Positions 59,126 through 64,000 of a DNA stretch of 64,000 nucleotides are shown here, in pieces (positions within the stretch are counted from its first letter, which is position 1; each line of letters opens with the position of its first letter). The stretch comes from Monocercomonoides exilis PA203 (lineage: Eukaryota; Protista; Preaxostyla), in assembly GCA_001643675.2 (NCBI GenBank), contig LSRY02000015.1, forward strand, positions 124,001-188,000, written 5' to 3'. The notes below the pieces were generated by a model. It saw only the letters and a program-made list of their open reading frames with translations, searched no databases and was not told the DNA's origin. The translations under genes were made by a program, and so were the position numbers.

Positions 59126-59395
59126 TGGGGGAAAATATGGACTTTCAAGCTTTTTATGCACAAAGCTTGAAAAAATTGTTTCGCTCATAACTTTATTTCG
59201 CTTTCTCAGATTTCAAAATGAATATAATTTTCATATCTGAAAATAAACATCATTGCAATAATAACATAATGTTTTGCTTCCTCAAACGTATTTCATAAAA
59301 TAAATCCATTTTTATTGTGTTTTTTGGAATAAAAAAGTCAATAAAAAGTGCATAATTTTTCTATGAAAATGTCTGAAGCTAAATATTTTGCCCCA
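59126..59395 (+). mobile_element. MITE (270 bp), TA|TGGGGGAAAATAT…ATATTTTGCCCCA|TA
   Basis: 13-bp TIR, TA target duplication, second copy at 25173-25442. Confidence 0.85.
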
Positions 59396-60376
59396 TATGA
59401 AAGAAAAAACGATTTATTTCCAAAAATTCGCAAATAAAAACATCGAAAATCTTGTCAAAATGTTTTTTCTGAAACTGTTATTTGCCTCAATAACTGATTT
59501 TTTTTGAAGCTTTCTTTCCTTTTTTTTTCGAAAAAACGCAAAAGCTGATAATTTTTTTATAAAACCTCAATTGTTTAATTCATTTTGAAGATATAATAAT
59601 TTTCAAACAAAATTATGATGAAGTCGCAACAGTTAAAGAGAAAATGTCTTATGTTTTGTGATTGCATTTTTATTCAAACAAAATTATAACTGTTATAACA
59701 TCGTTTTATCGAAGTCGAAAAGAATTTAGATGTGAAAAATGATTATTCTCTTTAATAAGATAACTTGATCAAAGAATATTTTCGAGTAAATTAAAATATG
59801 CTTGCAATCAAACAGCAAAACAAACACTTGTTCATAAATAGAATTTTTGCGCATAATCATAACACACAGAAAGTGAATTAATAACAGTTTGCAATAAAAA
59901 GTTTCATTACGCGAAATGCAAACAACTCGATAATTAATTCAATTGTACATAAAAACAGCAAACCAATCGGAGAATAAATAATTATGGATGCAACAAAACT
60001 CTTAGCATCTCTAAACAATGAGAAATTGCAATTATTGTAAATAACCTTTTCCAATTCATAAAATAAACAAACAAATAAATAAAATGAATGAACAATCAAG
60101 AAAATTTTCACAACCATCACGCATACATATATTAATAGCAAAGAGGTGTCCAATCAAAATTTATTGTATTTTTCAAATAATACAGAAAATAATAAAAGTC
60201 ATAAACATACAGCAAGATGCATAGCTAATAGAAGAGACAATTGAAAAAAGAAATAAAAATTTAATAAACAATAACAAATAATAAATATGTCAATAATTAC
60301 AACAATTATCTTTCTGATTAAAAATTCAATAAAATAATAATAATAATACAAATACTGCTATTTAAAGCCACACATT

Positions 60377-63300
60377 CTAATGCTCCGAGACGCTGCTGCT
60401 GGATTGCTCTGTCTGAAGACGCGGCGGTCTCCACAGAAAAGGTGTGTTGTTCCGAGAATATGCAGCCGGGCGCCTCTCAAATCCCTGTGAAACAGAGGAG
60501 CACTCACGAGGACAACTCTGAACAGGAGCAAAAGATAAAGAAGATAAAGAACCAACATAATTTTCTGAGTTTTGCTTGCCGGCAAAAGTGCGGCTGTCTT
60601 CTGCTAAATGAGCAATAATGGGTTGTGTGTTCGTCTCATTCCGGCAGCCAGCCATTTGTGGATGCTCAGAAATTGAAGGCAATGATAAGGGCAATGGCAA
60701 AGACGATGATGATGAAGACAATGAAGATGCAAATGAAGATGGAAATGAACGTGCCAATGAAGATGGAAATGACGTTGAGGAAAGCACTTTCAGAGGAGGA
60801 GGCGGAAGAGGCGCCGAGCGAAGGAGCGGGTTGTGTGAAGGTGGGGGCAGCGTGTGTGACGGCGGAAGAGGAGGCAGAGGCAATGACAATGACAATGGCA
60901 ACGGCAATGAATGCGAAAATGAGAGTGAAAGTGAATGAGAAGTGTGCTGAGGCAGCGGAAGAGAGGAAGAGCGAGTAATTTGAGAGGAAACGAACTCTTT
61001 TCTTTGGCTGGCAGAAGGCTCTTGTTTGACAGGGTGGATGAATGTGGTTGCTTTTTCGGGATTTGGCAGAGAAAACAGCGAAGGAAGAGAAGAAACCGGA
61101 AGGGCCGATATTTGTGATTGAGGAAGAGTTGAAGAAGTTGAAGAAGTTGAAGAAGTTGAAGAAGTTGAAGAAGTTGAAGAAGTTGAAGAAGTTGAAGAAG
61201 AAGAAGAAGAAGAATTCAGAGAATGAGCACCTTTCGAATCTTCTTTGGAGGTTGAGTGAGAAGAAGCAGAAGCAGGAACAGAAGCAGGAGCAGAAGCAGG
61301 AGCAGAAGCAGGAGCAGAAGCAGGAGCAGAAGCAGGAGCAGAAGCAGAAGCAGAATTACAAGTGATATTTTCTGTAGGAATGGCTGGGAGAATTGTGTGT
61401 GGAGAACATGCGCGATACAGAAATATCGAAGAAGGTCTTGTTAATTGCACAGATTGCGAATGAAATGAATTTGATTGAACAGAATTTGAATCAGAAACAT
61501 TCGAATTGGGTGTGGACGGGCTGTTATTTGTGTTTTTTGTGTTTTGCTCTTCACATTTTGAAGCAGCAGCAGAAGAAGAAGAAGAAACAGAAGAAGATGG
61601 CGAAGATATTCGCGCTTTTGAAGGACGATATCTTGTTTGCAGAATCGGAGGAGCAAAATAAGAAGAAGAAGAAAAATGTGGATGTTTTGAAAGTTTGGGC
61701 TTGAGAACAACACGAGCAGGAGTGGAGTTGAAGAGCGGAGGAGATTTTTTGAGGGAATTGTCAGAAGAATAGTACGGCAGAGCTGGTTCTGCTGGTTGAA
61801 TGAGGTTATTTCTGTTGTTTTCAATGGAATATGAATCCACTGGTGCATGAGAATTTGAGAATTGGTTTGATGATGAAGAGATCGAGGAAGAAGCAGAAGA
61901 TATAAACAATGAAGATGGAGAAGCTGAAGAAGAAGAAGAAGAAGAAGAAGATGATGATGATGATGATGACGAAGGCGATGAAGCAAACGGCAAGAACGCC
62001 GAAGACAAAGCAGGCGATGTTTTTAGCAAAAGAGGCTTCAAAAAAGTTTCAGACAAATTTGGCTGAAACAGCATTTGCTGCTTCTTCAGATGTGAATCAC
62101 AATCATTCGCTGCATTCGGAGAAATACAATGCAACATACTGCCAGTTTTTCCGGCAGCACTATAATTTTTTCGCTCTCCATTGATTTCTCCTTCACATTC
62201 TCCCTCTCCTTCTTTTTCTTTTTCTTTCACAAAAGCAAATCTATCAAACGCCACGTCAACTGCTTTAAACGTCAAATTTTCTTCTTTCTCTCTTGCTGGC
62301 CCACAAAACACAGTGCGAGGCAGCTCCTTAAAGCAGCACAGTGCAACAGTCACCAGTGCAGCCACAAATGGATGAGAATTTGATAAGTCGATTGGTTCAA
62401 GCAAAGAGCGGAACTGCGCATTCAGCGACTGATAGACATCAGGCGCATATTCTTCGATCTGCGCAAGGGAGGCGCTGCGGCCACAGCCAAATCTGCTGCT
62501 TTTGCCAGAGAAATGGAAAGAGGGGACGATAAAACGATGATCTGGCGAAAGCGCATAATCGACACAGAATGATACCCCGCTGGTTGAAGTGAAGAGAACA
62601 TCGGCTTTTGTGTGCTTTCCAAGCGAGGGAGACAGAAAAAGAGGGGGAGATGAAGCAAATTCTGATGTGATTGCATGGGATGGTGGGCGGAACAAGCAAT
62701 CCGTGGTGTAAGGGGAATCAGACAGTGAAACAGAATCCGAGGCTGATTTGTTCGATAATGTGGCAGACGCAGCTGAAAGAGGCCTGACTTGTGGAGGAAA
62801 CAAAGCAGAGAAAGCAGAGCCCGATCTGACTGATGGCAAAGGGGCAGAGGAATTCGAATAGTTTAAAGAAGGATTTGAAGAAGGATTTGAAGAAGGATTT
62901 GAAGAAGGATATGAAGAAGGGAATGAAACAGAAGAAGAAGAATTTGACTGAAGCTGAGGACGTATGGCAGGGATGCGAGCGTCGGATGAAGCAGTTGGCT
63001 CTCTTTGAACACGCAGTCTCTGAGAAATGGAACAAGCAGAAGAACTTCTTTCGGTGCTGGATGGCATACGAATCTGCAATGGATAGCTTTTGACACAAGA
63101 CGATTGAGGAGGAATAAAGTTGGATGATTTGAGGGGAGAACAAGTCTGATTGTGATTAGAAGAAGAAGAAGAAGAAGAAGAAGAAGAAGAAGAAGAAGAA
63201 GAAGAAGAAGAAGAAGATGTTTGGCGAAAAGGTGCAGGTGGCAATGGAAGAGGGAGATGTTGAGAAGGATGTTGAGAAGACGAAAGAGGAAGAAGAACAG

Positions 63301-64000
63301 AAGGATGAAAAGTCGGAAGTACTTGTGTAACTGCGCTTGGGTTTTTGACCGGAACATCCTTTGAAGAAATATCTTTTGGCGAAACTGAATTAGAAGCAGC
63401 TGGATGAGATGGCAAAACTGGAAATGAATGCCGGTGATAAGCTTGGTCATGCAAAATTGTTCTTTCTTCTGTTTTGTCAGTCAAGTGTCTGCTCAATGTA
63501 GGTGTTTGGGAGATCTGATGCACTTTTTTTGTGGTCTGGTTGCTTTCTGAAAATTCAGGTTTTTTTGTATTTCTGTCTTTCCGCTTCTCCATGGATATGT
63601 CTGCTATTTGCTTTATTGGGCAGGCTTGATCGCATTCTTTCTTTTCTGTTTGAATCGTCTGTAAAGTATCAGTTGTCTGCTTTTCCTCTGTTTTTATGTT
63701 TGCGTCAAGCGACGAAACTGTTGACTCTTCAACTTCGATTTTGTGACTTTGTTCAAGTTGACTAAAAACAGATCCCAGATTCTGTGTCAGAAAAGACAAA
63801 GGGGGAGGAGAACATAAGCCAGTGAAAAGAGAAGAGCCATCAGTTGTATTCATCTTGTTGAACTCGAGAAACTTGTTAAATCCATCAGGCGAAGATGGCT
63901 CAGTCGGATCGTCGCTTGGAGAACGAAAATATGAAGGCGAAATATTAATCAAGTTAAACAATGATGCTCCTGGTGACTTTCTTGATTTTAAATGTTCGGA
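60377..64000 (-). CDS. Ser/Pro-rich low-complexity hypothetical protein, 5' end beyond the window
   Basis: Open frame from the window edge to 60377 (>1200 codons) with in-frame repeats (TSS)n, (ASAP)n, (NPSS)n and poly-Ser. Confidence 0.75.
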   Translation of the reverse strand, partial: SEHLKSRKSPGASLFNLINISPSYFRSPSDDPTEPSSPDGFNKFLEFNKMNTTDGSSLFTGLCSPPPLSFLTQNLGSVFSQLEQSHKIEVEESTVSSLDANIKTEEKQTTDTLQTIQTEKKECDQACPIKQIADISMEKRKDRNTKKPEFSESNQTTKKVHQISQTPTLSRHLTDKTEERTILHDQAYHRHSFPVLPSHPAASNSVSPKDISSKDVPVKNPSAVTQVLPTFHPSVLLPLSSSQHPSQHLPLPLPPAPFRQTSSSSSSSSSSSSSSSSSSSSNHNQTCSPLKSSNFIPPQSSCVKSYPLQIRMPSSTERSSSACSISQRLRVQREPTASSDARIPAIRPQLQSNSSSSVSFPSSYPSSNPSSNPSSNPSLNYSNSSAPLPSVRSGSAFSALFPPQVRPLSAASATLSNKSASDSVSLSDSPYTTDCLFRPPSHAITSEFASSPPLFLSPSLGKHTKADVLFTSTSGVSFCVDYALSPDHRFIVPSFHFSGKSSRFGCGRSASLAQIEEYAPDVYQSLNAQFRSLLEPIDLSNSHPFVAALVTVALCCFKELPRTVFCGPAREKEENLTFKAVDVAFDRFAFVKEKEKEGEGECEGEINGERKNYSAAGKTGSMLHCISPNAANDCDSHLKKQQMLFQPNLSETFLKPLLLKTSPALSSAFLPFASSPSSSSSSSSSSSSSSSSASPSSLFISSASSSISSSSNQFSNSHAPVDSYSIENNRNNLIQPAEPALPYYSSDNSLKKSPPLFNSTPARVVLKPKLSKHPHFSSSSYFAPPILQTRYRPSKARISSPSSSVSSSSSAAASKCEEQNTKNTNNSPSTPNSNVSDSNSVQSNSFHSQSVQLTRPSSIFLYRACSPHTILPAIPTENITCNSASASAPASAPASAPASAPASAPASVPASASSHSTSKEDSKGAHSLNSSSSSSSTSSTSSTSSTSSTSSTSSTSSTLPQSQISALPVSSLPSLFSLPNPEKATTFIHPVKQEPSASQRKEFVSSQITRSSSLPLPQHTSHSLSLSFSHSLPLPLSLSLPLPPLPPSHTLPPPSHNPLLRSAPLPPPPLKVLSSTSFPSSLARSFPSSFASSLSSSSSSLPLPLSLPSISEHPQMAGCRNETNTQPIIAHLAEDSRTFAGKQNSENYVGSLSSLSFAPVQSCPRECSSVSQGFERRPAAYSRNNTPFLWRPPRLQTEQSSSSVSEH

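Noticed and set aside
61127-61350. 9-bp and 12-bp tandem repeats as a possible CRISPR or regulatory array
   Set aside because: No spacers; they are in-frame coding repeats (TSS, ASAP) of the 60377 gene in a eukaryote.

Overview
AT-rich eukaryotic genomic DNA with short GT-AG spliceosomal introns and the standard genetic code. Gene content and style resemble an oxymonad such as Monocercomonoides (inference, not checked). Apparently intact genes: a beta-tubulin, a 2545-aa single-pass surface protein (beta-helix-like ectodomain plus a degenerate kinase tail), two 4-exon paralogs of an uncharacterised family in an inverted duplication, and two low-complexity hypothetical genes. The rest is a graveyard of DNA transposons: four pogo/DDE_1 transposases in different stages of decay, a decayed hAT transposase, and several TA-flanked MITEs. 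It also holds two tandem 5-6.5 kb TIR-bounded non-autonomous elements carrying the same decayed gene-like cargo. Matching hAT-like ends at 29760 and 50694 suggest a ~21 kb composite element that may have captured host gene fragments (DDX21-like helicase, receptor-kinase tail). A promoterless ~820 bp cassette at 53990 is near-identical to the large surface gene for ~590 nt and then abruptly diverges, suggesting segmental gene conversion. All alignments and identities were judged by eye.
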